This document shows, one piece after another, positions 1 through 13,172 of a stretch of 64,000 nt of DNA. The notes under the pieces are model-generated. The model saw only the letters and a program-made list of their open reading frames with translations. It ran no database searches and was not told the origin of the DNA. The position numbers and the translations under genes are program-made. This DNA comes from Antedon mediterranea (Eukaryota; Animalia; Echinodermata): the NCBI RefSeq assembly GCF_964355755.1, contig NC_092670.1, positions 33,840,388-33,904,387 on the forward strand, given 5' to 3'. The stretch's first letter is position 1, and every line of letters begins with the position of its first letter.

Positions 1-1229
1 GGAAGAATGGACGAAATTGCTGGATGCGGGAGAAAACTTTGATTCTGTATATTTGGATTTTAGTAAGGCATTCGATTCTATCCCCCACCAGAGATTAATA
101 ACAAAATTGGAAGCGTACGGAATAAAAGGAAACCTACTGAGATGGATACATCAATTTTTGACAGGGAGGAGACAAAGAGTTAGAGTGGCCGCAGCATTTT
201 CTGAATGGTCTACGGTTAAAAGCGGAGTCCCTCAAGGCAGCGTGTTAGGCCCTTTATTATTTATCATTTTCATAAACGACCTACCTGATGCAGTTAAATC
301 TAAAGTATGGATGTTTGCAGATGACACTAAGATGTTTAATGTTGTGTATGAAAACAGAAATGATACTGTTCAAAATGATCTCAAGGCATTATCCGATTGG
401 TCTAAAAGATGGCAGCTGAAATTCAACATTAATAAATGTAAAGTAATACATTATGGAAATTCAAATCCACAAATGCAATTCACTATGCCAACAGAGGAAG
501 GTGACGAGGATCTGCCAAATGCCAATACTGAAAAGGACCTTGGAGTTACTTTTGATCAGTCTTTAAAATTTTCACTACATACGAATGAAGCTGTAAATAA
601 AGCAAATAGACTCATTGGATTGGTAAGGCGATCTTTTGCTTACATGGATAAGGATATGTTCCTGCCCCTTTATAAAAGTATAATTCGACCTCATCTGGAA
701 TACGCAAGCTGTATATGGTACCCTCTCCTAAAAGGTGATTTGGATAAGCTTGAAAGAGTGCAGCGTAGGGCCACTAAAATTGTCAAAAAGTTAAGAGATA
801 AATCTTACGATCAGAGATTAAAAGAGCTTGGATTACCTACACTGAATTACAGAAGAAGGAGAGCGGACATTATACAAGTGTTTAAAATTATCAAGGGCTT
901 GGATGATATTGAAGCCGAAACCTTTTTTGACTTTAGAGAGGACAGTAGAACAAGGGGCCATCAATTCAAATTAAGAAAGCCAAGAGCCCGACTGAAAATC
1001 AGAAGCCACTCCTTTTCATGTAGAATCGTCAACACATGGAACAATCTATACCACACTACAGTACAAGCAGAAAATATAAATGCATTCAAGGATCAACTAA
1101 ACAAAGACAGAGCAATGGGAGATAAATTTTGCTACCAATTCTAGATAAATACAGAAGAAATGGAGGGCGTTTAAAAGGCATTTGCCTTAATCAAGAGCCC
1201 GAAGATTCAAGTAAGATTCAAGTAAGATT
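1..1229 (+). mobile_element. CR1/L2-group non-LTR retrotransposon, 3' part of ORF2 (RT) with short tandem-repeat tail; 5' end outside window
   Basis: ORF to 1144 has RT motifs YLDFSKAFD, GVPQGSVLGPLLF, FADD and the CR1-type C-terminus (KDLGV, RPHLEY, LERVQRRAT, TRGH..KL). The element ends in (AAGATTCAAGT)x~2.6 at 1202-1229. Confidence 0.9.
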
Positions 1230-1661
1230 TGTATAAACATTTATTAAATCTATCAAAATAGTATTTTTTTAAAGAAAATCGGCCTGTCTTCAACATTATG
1301 ATGCTGTACTCAAGCTGTTCAACCGGGTTTCAGCCATTAAAAACAATTATCGTAGGAGGAGATAGGAAAATGCGAAGCATCCTCGTATTATTGTCTGCGG
1401 GTATTTTTCAAGATGGACATACATTAGACAGTGTATACCATGATCGGAAAACACCCCTATTTGGGGCAAATCGTTGAACCTAAATTCGTTTTAATCGTCA
1501 ATAACGAATTATCGAACTCAATTTAATTAGTAAACAGGGTTACACCAGGTGGTTAAAATCAGTACCGAAAGTACGAACCAACTTTATATACCATCGAGTA
1601 AACATTCTAGAAATTACGCGCGATTTACCAAATTTTGCCCTTACGTAAATTTATATATAGA
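1230..1661 (-). mobile_element. Non-autonomous Helitron, 5' part (second copy of the 13536-14805 element), interrupted by the LINE
   Basis: Reverse-complement match to 13536-13955. The minus-strand 5' end reads A|TCTATATATAAATTTACG at 1661. Confidence 0.75.
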
Positions 1662-2184
1662 TATCTATAAACATATTATATTAAAAAATGTTGAAGAGTC
1701 AATTGAAATTGAATCAAAATGGGAAAAGGAGTTTGACAACGAACTTAATTGGAAAAACCTTTTCTCAAATTTACACGCCTGTACAAATGACACTATGCTA
1801 AAAAATGTTCAAATTAAATGTATTCATCGTATAATTTATACAAATACAATGCTCTTTAAGATGTCAAAGGTCGATTCACCAATGTGTAGTTTTTGCAAGG
1901 AAAAGCAGGAAACACTGCTACATATGTTCTTTGAATGTGATCTAGTAAAGAAAATATGGGAAAATTTAAAACAATTTGTGTATCGAAATATCAACAATAA
2001 CTTAATTATTACCAAAGAAAGTATATGTTTTGGTTTTGGAAAAACACACAGTGATGCAAACATTCTAATTTTAATTACAAAGTGGTACATTTTTAGGTGC
2101 AAAATCAAAAAACAATTACTTAATTATAATCACTTATTTCACGTTTACCAAAAATACAAGGCAATCATATTATTTATACAATGA
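1662..2184 (+). mobile_element. L1/Tx1-like LINE ORF2 C-terminal fragment (zf-RVT-like zinc knuckle)
   Basis: Translation W..LF...KCIHRII.TN..LFKM..VDSPMCSFCKEKQETLLHMFFEC..VKKIW carries a C-x2-C-x8-H-x4-C knuckle typical of L1/Tx1 ORF2 ends. Confidence 0.75.
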
Positions 2185-2542
2185 CTATTATAACACCCGA
2201 TTCTGCTACTGTCCCTAGGTGCTATCTGTAAAACTATAGCAAGTTATACACGTTATTGTCTGCTATAAATGCTGTACTTTTAACACACGGTACACTGTCT
2301 GTAGCACAGTGTCTGTTGACAATTTACAATGATGTACAGCCATAGGCAGGTTTTCGTACTGCCATGAAAGAATTGATAGGTCTTTTCCGCCGCTTTTAGG
2401 CCTTCTAGTCAATTATTTTTATTATTATTATACGAATTAAGTAATTAGTTTAGTAGCTCATCTACCTTTTTAGCAGGGCATAATGAATATTGTAGCTAGG
2501 CTAGGCCTACTAGTCTAGCGGGAAATCAACCAATTATTTGGT

Positions 2543-3231
2543 TGGATACGAGTTTAGGGTAGGAAGTTAAGTACGAGTTGGCGTGGGTACGAGTCGACCA
2601 GGGGCGAATCGACCAGGGTACACCCTGCCGCCCTACTAGAGCATAGGCTACAGGCCTGCAGGAATGGGAAATCTGTCCTAGCTATAGGCATAGGCCTACA
2701 TTGGGACGCCCAAAAAAGCCATCCTATGAGCATAAAAAGGCCTCGTAGAGCCAGAGGTGTTAGCCTGTACTACACAGTACTAGGACGTCTACCATTTATT
2801 ATAGTTCCATGGTACTACGGATCATTACTATCTAGGCCTAGTAGGGTAGTGTTCCAGTAATTTCGGTCGCGTTTTCGGCCTACTTATCAGGAGGCATGTG
2901 AGAGGTGAGGTAGGTTAGCCCAGCTAGGCTAAACTTACCTGTAAGTAGTATTCTAGCATGGGAACGAGTTGGCACAGTGGTACGGGTTGACCCTTATCAT
3001 TTTCTAGGGTGCTGGTCAACCCGTACCCATGCCAACTCGTACCCAATTTGGCTAACCCGTACCCAAATAATTTGTCAAATCGTACCAACTTTGGCTAACC
3101 TGTACCCAAACTTTTAATAGCATTAAACATGGGTACTGGTCAGCCCATGAAGAGTACGAGTCAGCCCTTGATGAGTGCTAGTGAGCCAACCAAAATTTGG
3201 GTACGAGTTGGAATTGGTACGGGTTGACCTG
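2543..3231. mobile_element. Cluster of short MITE-like elements with GGGTACGAGTTG/CAACTCGTACCC subterminal repeats
   Basis: GGTCAACCCGTACCC near 3014 is inverted to GGTACGGGTTGACC near 3216-3229. Further right-end-type arrays lie at 2543-2620 and 2958-2992. Confidence 0.55.
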
Positions 3232-3233
3232 TA

Positions 3234-3282
3234 TTTTTAGTCACGTGGAAGCGACTCTATAGTTCACTATGTCGGTCGGTCG

Positions 3283-3317
<35 letters not shown>

Positions 3318-3845
3318 GGTCGGTCTGTCTGTCTGTCGGTCTGTCTGTCTGTCTGTCGGTCCGGTATCACTATGCGTTTTATCGCTTTATGACCTTATCT
3401 TGATATCAGTTTAATCTAGCTAAGTCAATTTTTCACAGAATATTCCTTATGGCCAGGAATCGATGTGGTTATGTTTTCACGGTGCGCAATAAAAAATTAC
3501 GCGGTCTACGCACGATTTAACGAAATCACGTTTGTAATCATATCTTAACAACCATGAATCACAATTAAATAAAATTTGGTACTCATAAATTTCAGGGCAT
3601 AAATCATCATATGGCAATACAATTACGTGCGTAGCGCATGTAACGCATGCGTACGCGCGCTTAAAATTTTCAAAATTTATTTTCGATGAAATAAGAGTAC
3701 GTTTCAGGCAATTTTAAGCGTTTACAAAATTGCCATGAGTGCGCAGATTTTTGCGCGCGCACTGCGCGTTAAAAGTTATTGCGCACTCTTTTTACCCGAT
3801 TTCTGTTTTCTTGACTTACTTTTCAACTCGAAATTACGTTATACG
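3234..3845 (+). mobile_element. Helentron-associated/DINE-1-like non-autonomous element with (GTCY)n microsatellite
   Basis: Starts TTTTTAGTCACGTGGAAGCGACTCTATAG, followed by a (GTCG/GTCT)n tract at 3271-3360. An internal part recurs at ~31735-31935. The 3' boundary is approximate. Confidence 0.6.
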
Positions 3846-4283
3846 AACCTTAATTCTGAAAAATAGCGTCAATGAAAACCGTTAACCAAAGGAAACATGG
3901 AAGAATCATTACATTTCTGCAAACTGTTTAAGAAAACAAATGATAAATTTAAATACTAATTTATGTTTTTACTTAAGCCAAACAATAAGAATTGTTCAAC
4001 GGAATTTTTCAGGCAATATGCATGGTTAAACAAGCCTAGGTATTCCATGAGTTGTTCTAAAAAAAGCTTTAATTTAGAACAAAAATAGTTAAATTGACTG
4101 GAATTCAATGGGGTTTTGCTTGAATTTAATCATTTATTTTGTCTTTTTATAAGTGAAAACATTTGTTTCCTACCAAAGTGATTAACTTTATTAAAACTGC
4201 AAAATAGCCTGTTCAATATTTTAGTCTTTTTATTTATTTTTTTTTTTTTTGTTTAGAGAACAATGAATTTTTAATATAAAAAG

Positions 4284-4403
4284 AAAACAAGGCCATGTAC
4301 ATGGCTGCAGTTGCGTGCACCAATTGTAGTTAGTGTTTACCGACCGACCGACCAACCGACCGACGTAGTGAGCTGTAGAGTCGCGTTTGCACGGGACTAA
4401 AAA
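4284..4403 (-). mobile_element. Minimal (~120 bp) Helentron/DINE-like element
   Basis: Minus strand reads TTTTTAGTCCCGTGCAAACGCGACTCTACAG, (GTCG)n, then hairpin GCCATGTACATGGC and CTTGTTTT. The head matches the 3234 element. Confidence 0.6.
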
Positions 4404-4769
4404 GCGGACATGCGCATCCTACAACAGCGTGTGTAATACCCGTAGTAGTCTTAATTTAAAAGCTAGAAGAGCTTCACTCGCCATCAAATTTGGTAAAATC
4501 TTGACATCTGAAGGACATCAACTTCTTTCCATAATTCAACAACATGGACCATCTTAACGCGGACAAATTAAATATCTCGAAATGCAGAACATCGCTAGGA
4601 TTGTTGTGATATCTTGTTATTACCGATCGTAAAAGGTTATATGTGTAAATATCAATCAATAATCTTTTATTTAAGCATAACAGCATAGAAAATACCAAAA
4701 ACAAAAACAAAAGAAAACAAAATACTCTAGTAGCTAGATCAACTTTCGTATGCACTTTGAGGTCCACAA

Positions 4770-5450
4770 AATTTGACTTCAGAAATTGGTTTAGGATGGT
4801 CAAACAATCATTTTTGGCTTGGTTACACATTTTGAAAATATGGTGAAAGGTCAAAAGGTTAAGGTGAAAGGTTATAATACCAAACAACAATACGTCCTTA
4901 AATCTCGATAACCACTGGTCACAGCAAGGTAATTTTGGTCTCAAATTGATCAGAAGGTATACATTTATACTCAGTCTAATGGGACATTTTAGTCAAAAAT
5001 GACCGGAAATGCCATTTCTGACCTTTGACCCACTACCTAGGGCATGTATGTATCTCCGTAACTAATGGCCGTAGACACTTAAATTAGGTCTTAAATCGTT
5101 CGCAATTATACATTTTGTTATTTGTTGCACATTTTGAAAAATTTTACAAAAGGTCAAAATGTCAGGGTCGAGGGTTATATGAACAAACACAAATAGATAC
5201 TTCTATCTCGTCAACCAAAGTCTCAAAATGTTGAGAAGGCATGCATTCATATTCAGTCTAATGGGACATTGTAGTGAAAAATGATCAGAAATGCCATTTC
5301 TGACCTTTGACCCACATATCAGGGCATCTTTATATCTATTTAAGTACTGGTCGTAGAAACTTAAATTTGGTATCAAATTGTTGGAAATATACATATTTAC
5401 ATTCATTCTACAGATAAATTTGGTGAAAGGATGATCAGAAATACTATTAA
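4770..5450. repeat. Dispersed repeat with ~280-bp internal tandem units (GACCTTTGACC motif); inverted partial copy at ~8288-8450
   Basis: GGGACATT..AGT.AAAAATGA.C.GAAATGCCATTTCTGACCTTTGACCC occurs at 4981 and ~5262, and its reverse complement at 8310-8345. Confidence 0.6.
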
Positions 5451-5650
5451 TTACTAATGTTTCAATCAAAAAACATCTACACATCTTGTTCTTATATAAA
5501 TGTTAAGAATTACAAATAATTTCCTTTACTGTTTGTAAGTGTACTTTTGCTTATAAATAATAATGCTAGAAAATATGGTTGACCCCCGAGGACGATCAAG
5601 ATAGGAACGTCGAACTCAAAAGTTCTTTTCAGAATGCTAGAAGTAACTTA

Positions 5651-7198
5651 CCGTATTTATCCGAATAAATTCCTCGGGCATTTATTGTTCAGAGGGGTGT
5701 TTAGGGGTGGGGGTGTGTTTCTTCGGTGGAGGCGTTTATTTATTTTTTTTTAGTGTAATATGGTAACATATATAATCAAATAAATACACCCTAGATATTA
5801 AAAAATACAACACAATTAATATCGTAATAAGAATAACTGGATTAACCCTACTTCATCCGGGTGCAAGTACAATCATGATATTGAAAAGGTATCGGAGGCA
5901 ACTATAATAGACCAATTCATTGCCAGATCTGTATGACACTGTTGTAGAATATATTTGAATGTCACCGACAAATCATGCATATACACGTCTGTCCCCAGTG
6001 TACATAATAAAACAATATCAATTTCTGGAGATTTATTATCAATACCACTAGAAACTTAGGTTTTTTTAACTTTTTAAGCATTAAATGCATTGACAATAAA
6101 AGCATCATAAGTGTATTTTAAAATCATGTTATAGATCATGATAAAATCATACTACAACACACTACAGTACACAAGGGTGTTTTCAGGAAAGCTTAACATA
6201 TTGTACAATAGTAATGAAAGACTATGTATTGGCATATATATATGCAAAAGATAGTGTTGACTGTTGACAAATTGTAGTCACAAACAAACAGATGATAGAA
6301 TGAAGGTCCATGTGAACAATTGTAAAATCGTGTCTCATACAGTGTCTCCGTATAATGATGTTTCATTGTTTTATATCATTATACTGACACCTGGAGAGGA
6401 TTCGTTAAATGGAGCCTGTGACAGACAGTGTCACTTTTATTCTAAAAGACAGAAACATTTTGTTACAAAAGCATAACGAGGAAAATGCATCATGTAAAGT
6501 ACCTTTTATCAGTGAGAAACGAATTATATATCATTATTAAAATTTGAGTATTTATTCAAATAAACACCCGCTTTGAATATAATCACCCCTTCCTTCGATT
6601 TAAACGCCCTGCCACATGCATATACACAACAAGGCCATGGTTTTTCAAAATGTGTAACAAATAGCACAATGTATATTTTGAACAATTTAAGACCAAATTT
6701 ATGTGTCTACGACCATTAGATGCACTAGGAAGTGTAGACGATGGTTCTCGGAATGATAATGTTCTCCTTATACGTTTTCTCTCGGTTACCATTATTGAAA
6801 ATGCTTGACATTCGTAAAACTAAACTACTTCGTTTCACAGTGTTTTAGATGATTAATAACATTTGAAAGTATAGTTTTTATTGTTTGGTAGGGCCCTTTG
6901 TGGAGGCGGATGTCATTTGAAGGAGGTGCTTATTCGAGGGATATATGTTAAATTTTTTAGTTTTAATAATGGTAACATTTGTAATCAAATGAAATCCTCT
7001 AATAGATATGAAAAGTGGTAAAAAAGAATAACAAATGCTTGGTAAATTGTAGATAACAGTGCGGTGAATTCTACTAAAAATAGTATAATTGTGTTATTAT
7101 AAACATGTGGATGGACGTTTATAGTTGGGTTGGGGGTGGGGGGGGGGTTATTATTCAAAGTGATGTTTTATTGGAGAGGCGTTTATTCAAATGAATAC
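5651..7198. mobile_element. Degenerate Tc1/mariner-type MITE (TA|CCGTATTTAT terminus)
   Basis: Left end TACCGTATTTATCCGAATAAAT, repeated GGCGTTTATT subterminal motifs, and a decayed inverted right end near 7180-7198. Confidence 0.4.
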
Positions 7199-7515
7199 CA
7201 TCCTAATAATTATTAATACATTATTTAATTTAATCATCTTTTGAAACTAACTGCCGTGACAGAGTGGGCCCAAGAAAGAAGACATGGGCAGACATCTCGG
7301 TCCTAACGGGACACAGGAAGATAGCCTACAGTTATTCCTGCAAGCTTACTCAATAAAACTCAGCTATCGGGATTTCTCTCGAAAAATGTCTTATCATCAA
7401 ATCTCCCTTTGTTATTTTATAATACTATTCCCCACAATATATTCTGATTCTTTATGGCGTATATTTAATTTGATCTTTATTAATTTGCAGTATAATTCCT
7501 ATTATTTAACTACTG

Positions 7516-8104
7516 TACCTTCACACATGCGCGCGGTATGTTTTAAAATAAACAAAAAACTGAAATGGATATATCTGATTTTTTTTTCGTCTTCCAAAGG
7601 GACACTGTATTGATTGATGGAAAGTGCCTGTTTCCAGTCACCTTTAGGGTCAAATCTATTATTTTAACTGCTCCCTTGTGTATAAAAGAGAGAAAATATT
7701 TGAAACCAGGTTGTTGCAAGGTGAACTTATCTTAAACCCGGAAATTACTTTGACCGGGAAGATTTGAAATTGAGATGAAAATCTAATGTTGAAATCATAA
7801 ATTGTGTTAATACCTTCACACATGCGCGCGGTATGTTTTAAAATAAACAAAAAACTGAAATGGATATATCTGATTTTTTTTCGTCTTCCAAAGGGACACT
7901 GTATTGATTGATGGAAAGTGCCTGTTTCCAGTCACCTTTAGGGTCAAATCTATTATTTTAACTGCTCCCTTGTGTATAAAAGAGAGAAAATATTTGAAAC
8001 CAGGTTGTTGCAAGGTGAACTTATCTTAAACCCGGAAATTACTTTGACCGGGAAGAATTGAAATTGAGATGAAAATCTAATGTTGAAATCATAAATTGTG
8101 TTAA
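7516..8104. repeat. Near-perfect direct tandem duplication, 2 x ~295 bp
   Basis: TACCTTCACACATGCGCGCGG starts at 7516 and at 7811. The units differ only by about a 1-nt T-run indel and one substitution. Confidence 0.92.
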
Positions 8105-8711
8105 AAAACTCTTTATAATATCTTCCTAAGATAGAAATATGGAACAATAGCGTCGGCGTGAACACTAATGTTATCAAATCTACGTTTCGCGGTACATCTC
8201 AGATAGATAAGGTAGGTATCCAAGGCGGAGATTTGTACCGAAGTTTTTGCATTGTGCTCGCCTATGTCAGAATTAACCATAACTTATATATAGATACATG
8301 CCCTTGGTTGTGGGTCAAAGGTCAGAAATGGCATTTTCGGTCCTATTAGAATGTATATATTCTGATCAATTTGAGACCAAAATTACCTTGCTGTGACCAG
8401 TGGTTGTCGATATTTAAGGACATGTTGGTCTTTAGTATTATAATCTTAACCACGATGCTCTCAGTATCATCATGTATGTAGAATAAAATACAAACATCTT
8501 TTAGCATAAAAAAACATATATTAAAGATACAGACAATTCGACATATAATACAATAATAATACAAAAGCATCAGAAAATTTCAAGTATTAAAAACATTTTT
8601 AATATATACGAACACAAAGACAATCATACGTTGTTCCTTCTATCATGACATTATTCCACACATGATCGATTATTATCGATACTGGATTTCGGTTTACATC
8701 ATGTGATAATA

Positions 8712-9072
8712 GAAAATAGGAAAAAAACGAATAAATAATTCAAGAAATAAAGATTAAATAAATTATTTTCAATTAAATTATCTTCACACGAACATCTGTA
8801 TTTATATTGCTAATTTAAAACGAATATATAAGTTGGTTTTCTATGAGGTACTTTTTTATTTTTCCACATGTGCTACGAATAATTACTTATTTTAAATATT
8901 AAACATGAATGGTATTCACGAAAATAGAAAAAAAAACAAATAAATTATTCAAGAAATAAAGATTAAATGAATTATTTTCAATTAAATTATCTTCACACGA
9001 ACATCTGTATTTATATTGCTAATTGAAAACGAATATATAAGTTGGTTTTCTATGAGGTGCTTTTTTATTTTT
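8712..9072. repeat. Imperfect direct duplication (~160 bp, spacing ~208 bp)
   Basis: GAAAATAG..AAAAAAAC.AATAAAT.ATTCAAGAAATAAAGATTAAAT...CTATGAGGT occurs at ~8712 and ~8920. Confidence 0.8.
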
Positions 9073-9619
9073 AAACATCATCATCAGACAGTTTAAAGTC
9101 ACTAGTTAAACCTCACTTCATTTCTGTTGACAGTGCCATGAGCAATGATCGTTGAAATGGCGCAACAAAATAGATTCGAGCCCAACATAACAATAAATAT
9201 AATAATTGTATTAGCAACTACTACGAAGTACTGTAGGCGTAAGGAAGTTGACTGAACTTTTTTCATTATAAAGCAAAATTTGTTTGCATTGTGTTTTTTG
9301 TGGGAGAAACATCTGACAAAACTTAATTTGCAAAACAATATTTCATCATAACCAGTAAGACATATTAGACAGGTTTTAATTACAAAACACAAATGCAAAC
9401 ACTGATTCACAATAAAAAAAAAGTATGATTATTTATTTTGTCACTCATGATTAATTATATATTCAAATCAATAGAATTTTTAATACAATTAAAAATAATG
9501 TTACGAAGCATATATTGAATGTGCACGACACCTGTTCAAATGTAGTAGAATATATAAATACCATCGGTTTGATTTCCAAATTACATCAACTTCGAAGGTG
9601 AGCGAAGAAACTTCTAAAA

Positions 9620-10899
9620 ATGAACTTCAAGTGTACAGTATTTGTTCTTTGCTGCCTTGTCTCGCTGACGCAAGCAAAGGTAAGTTGGGGAATCATTTCC
9701 ATTGGGAAAAACTATACTTGTTCCATTAGAAAGTGAATAAGAGATTAACCAACCATGTATAATGCATTTTAATTATATATGTAGCACAATATATACAAAT
9801 GTTGTTGTTAAATTATCTCAACGGTAGTTTAGTTACACTATATACACAGAGAGTGATTAAGTTGTAGCTATCATTTCAAGTTATTTCCCAATTGTGTATA
9901 TCAATGTGTTAATTACAGAACATAAACGACAATTTGAGGAACAGTTCAGTGAACTGAATTATCAGTTTAGTGACCCTATACTTGTCCTCTCCCAAGAACC
10001 ATTAAGGTCCCGCCTAAGTAATTATTAGACAACAATTTCTTCGCAATTCCTAACTATAGTATACATGGTTAAATATGGTCAACAACATGAATTCCAGGAA
10101 AGTGAGTGACCTGCAAAATATAAACGTTATTATCAAAAAAATAACAATCATTTAAAAACTTCATACTTAGGCACCCTGGCAGGACAAGTTTGAACGGGCT
10201 ATGGGCAAATTCTTGGATATCCTATTTGAAGATGTAAAACCTGGACTGAATGATGAAATATTCCGTTTAGCTGCTTTAGTAGAAACAATGAATGCCACTT
10301 TGGCGCAAACGCAACAAAAGCTGACGAAACAAATCCTCGATGAAATAGAAGAAGTCAAGGAGAATGTAAACGACATGCAGAAATGCACATGCTCAAGTAA
10401 GTAAATTGTTCTCAAATTAAGTATCTTTCTAAAGCGGGAAAGGGTCTAAGTGACAGATAGAATGGTGATTTGGTCATGGTTTTTCGGGATCACAATCGGT
10501 TTATATTTCGTCTTTAAGCACCAAAAATACAATTTATATAACAAACAAATAGGATCTCATGAAACCATGGAATGTGAATTTTATATTGTATTGTATTCAT
10601 TTTTAGAGCGCTTTTGGGTGTTCCACGTGGCAGTTGGACGGTATACGCTGAATTTCGAACAAGCGAAACAAAAATGCATTGACAACGGTGCAAAAATCGC
10701 CGCTCCCAATCAGTTACAAGCAGCACAAGCACGTGGTTATGACCAATGCCAAGCTGGTTGGTTATCAGACGGCAGCGTTCGATACCCGATCACAATGCCA
10801 CGATGGGGATGTGGAGAAGGATCGCCTGGCGTCCGAAGCTGGGGGAAACCGGCTAAGACTAAAACTTACGATGTTTATTGTTTTAAGAAACCAAACTAA
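9620..10899 (+). CDS. Secreted coiled-coil + single Link (Xlink) module protein A, 192 aa; join(9620..9679,10171..10396,10607..10899)
   Basis: Exon 1 is a signal peptide (MNFKCTVFVLCCLVSLTQAK). Exon 2 is heptad-rich and ends KCTCS. Exon 3 is a Link module with 4 Cys: [18 protein letters not shown]...A...QL.AA...[24 protein letters not shown]...GV.SWG......YDVYCF. All junctions are GT-AG and in frame (579 nt). Confidence 0.88.
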
Positions 10900-11690
10900 T
10901 ACTAGGAACAATAAACTTAAAATATATTATTGATAATTATTATCTTCGTTATATTAGCATTTAGGGGTATAGTCACTATTACAACAAAGTTCCAAGATTT
11001 GAATGTGTGTTTGCATGATAAACCCAATGAACGTTTACTTTCTTCTTTAATAGATATTGATTGCAAGAATTAAACATACTGTTTATATTTGTTTACGTAG
11101 TACCATATAATTTATTTCAAAAACTTCAAAAAATCAAAATCTATTTGCCATCGAATTTGCCACACTGCATTGCACTGTATTGCTTCATCTGCTTTAATTT
11201 CACATACACTCGTATGTAGATGACTGTCAATAGTCAGTTAAGATCTACCTAGTAACAGCTTACGATGTTATTATATTGTTTTCACAAACCCTAATAACCT
11301 ATATATATTATTGATAATTATTATATGTTATTTTAGAATTTAGGCTTATATTCACCATTTTGTATTTGTTTGCCTGGTACACTCAATAAACGTTTACTTT
11401 ATTCATTAATAAACATTGATTGCAAGAATTAAATATGCTATTTTTTCTTGTGTATGTTTACGCATTATGATACCATGCATGTAAAAACTGCGACGAATCA
11501 CAATCACTTAAAGTGTTTGTATTGCCTTTTATTGCCTTCCTTTGTGGATTATTGACTTGATGACTTTCTTAAAGGTTAACAAATCAACTCCACTATACAA
11601 TTGGTTAGCATTCCTCTGTTTTCAATTCACACAGACTCGTATGTAGATGACTGTCATTTGTCAGTTAAGATCTACCTAGTTACAACTGCA
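10864..11690 (+). repeat. Diverged tandem duplication (~400-430 bp) of the end of the Link exon plus 3' UTR
   Basis: CTTACGATGTT..ATTGTTTT recurs at ~11259. CTCGTATGTAGATGACTGTCA...GTCAGTTAAGATCTACCTAGT occurs at ~11208 and ~11636. Confidence 0.7.
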
Positions 11691-13172
11691 GAATTGGGTG
11701 TAATGAACAGACTTGGCAAATGAATTCTTCCAGCACTGGATAACAACTTTAGCGCATAATGTATAAAACAATGTTGTGAAATAGAAAAGAATCAATACTC
11801 AATAAAACGTAAGGTGCCCATAGTAAACTTGGTAATCTCATTCACGAATCCATTAGCTAATTATAATTGTCAATCATGTCTTTACAGACCGCCAGTTACA
11901 TCTCGTTCACGAATGAATTAACTAAATAAATGTATCTGAAAATCAAATACTAATATGCCTATAATACTAGTAACGTTCGAAATACAATTTTAATCGTGAA
12001 ATCCATGACTAGATAAACATCTGGAGGGTTTCCTGACCAATCTCTATAAAAAGAGAAATGTTAAAACATTATTGTAGTGCTACCTGAAACAATACTATCA
12101 CCATTCTCCTGAGGTACAAGAACATTGAAAACACTGCTGTAAGTATAACACATCAATATATTTTGACCATTTTTTACGACGACTTGCGACAAGTCCTCTA
12201 TTGGCATTTCTTTAGACTAATAACTAAAACTATAATAATACTTAATTTAATATTATTTATTTTTAGCTCGAGTCTCCGAAACCCCAATCAAGCTTCTATA
12301 GTAAACAAGAAATATTTCTTACAAAAAACACTGCTCGCTTATTGACGTAACATAAGATATATTGTCCCTCTGAAAAATATTTTGTTATTTCAAATTCGTT
12401 TTTTGAATATGTCAATTTATTGTCACATAATAGTTATTTTACCTGAAAAAATGTAATTTAAAGCAAAAAAATACTTAAATTGTCTGTCAGACAATGGTTT
12501 TTTAGTTATAATTAAACTTTTCTTTTCTCTTTTTATATGTGAATAAACATTGTTTTTGTTACAGAAGTGAATAACTTTGATATGAAACACATACTCAATT
12601 TCTGTCCCTTTAGTTTAATTTATTGCTAAGGTCAATTCTGGGGGTCACTTCATCACGCCTAGATATTTCAAGTGTGAAGTATCCTATTACAAACAAAAAC
12701 TTCAATGGACTGTTTTGATAATAATTCAATGATTATCTGACAGCGAATTACAGTATTATAATATCATGGGACTCATAAATGAAATGCTTTAGGATTTGTC
12801 GTTCAACCGTTAGACTCTTTTCCCAGACGTTTCTTGGGTCCAGCAGTTGGTACCTATAAACTATAGTCGAGAATCCTTTTTCACAAAAACGTCAGTGTCT
12901 AGTACTATAACTGCTGCTTGCTTTCAGGTAATAAATGAGTTATCTCTTGTAACGTAGCGGGCTAGAGCAGCAGCGTGAAAAAGAATTGTATGGTTTTACT
13001 ATGGAATATTTTTTTTTTATCAAATAATAATATTTAATCATATTTTTAAAACTGTAAACACATTTAACAACTCATACAGATATTCTTCAAATGTATTGTT
13101 CATCTTATATATCAGGGTATTTTAATTAAATCTCATCAGTCTTGAATTTTTAGGATCAACAACTCCAAAATA

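Noticed and set aside
1549-2184. 211-aa ORF as a host gene
   Set aside because: It is a chance in-frame fusion of antisense Helitron sequence and an L1/Tx1 fragment.
4474-9410. Numerous 60-156 aa ORFs in AT-rich DNA (also 24454-27691 and 40034-41969)
   Set aside because: No domain motifs, composition mirrors AT-rich or repeat DNA, and several overlap duplications or the antisense strand of real exons.
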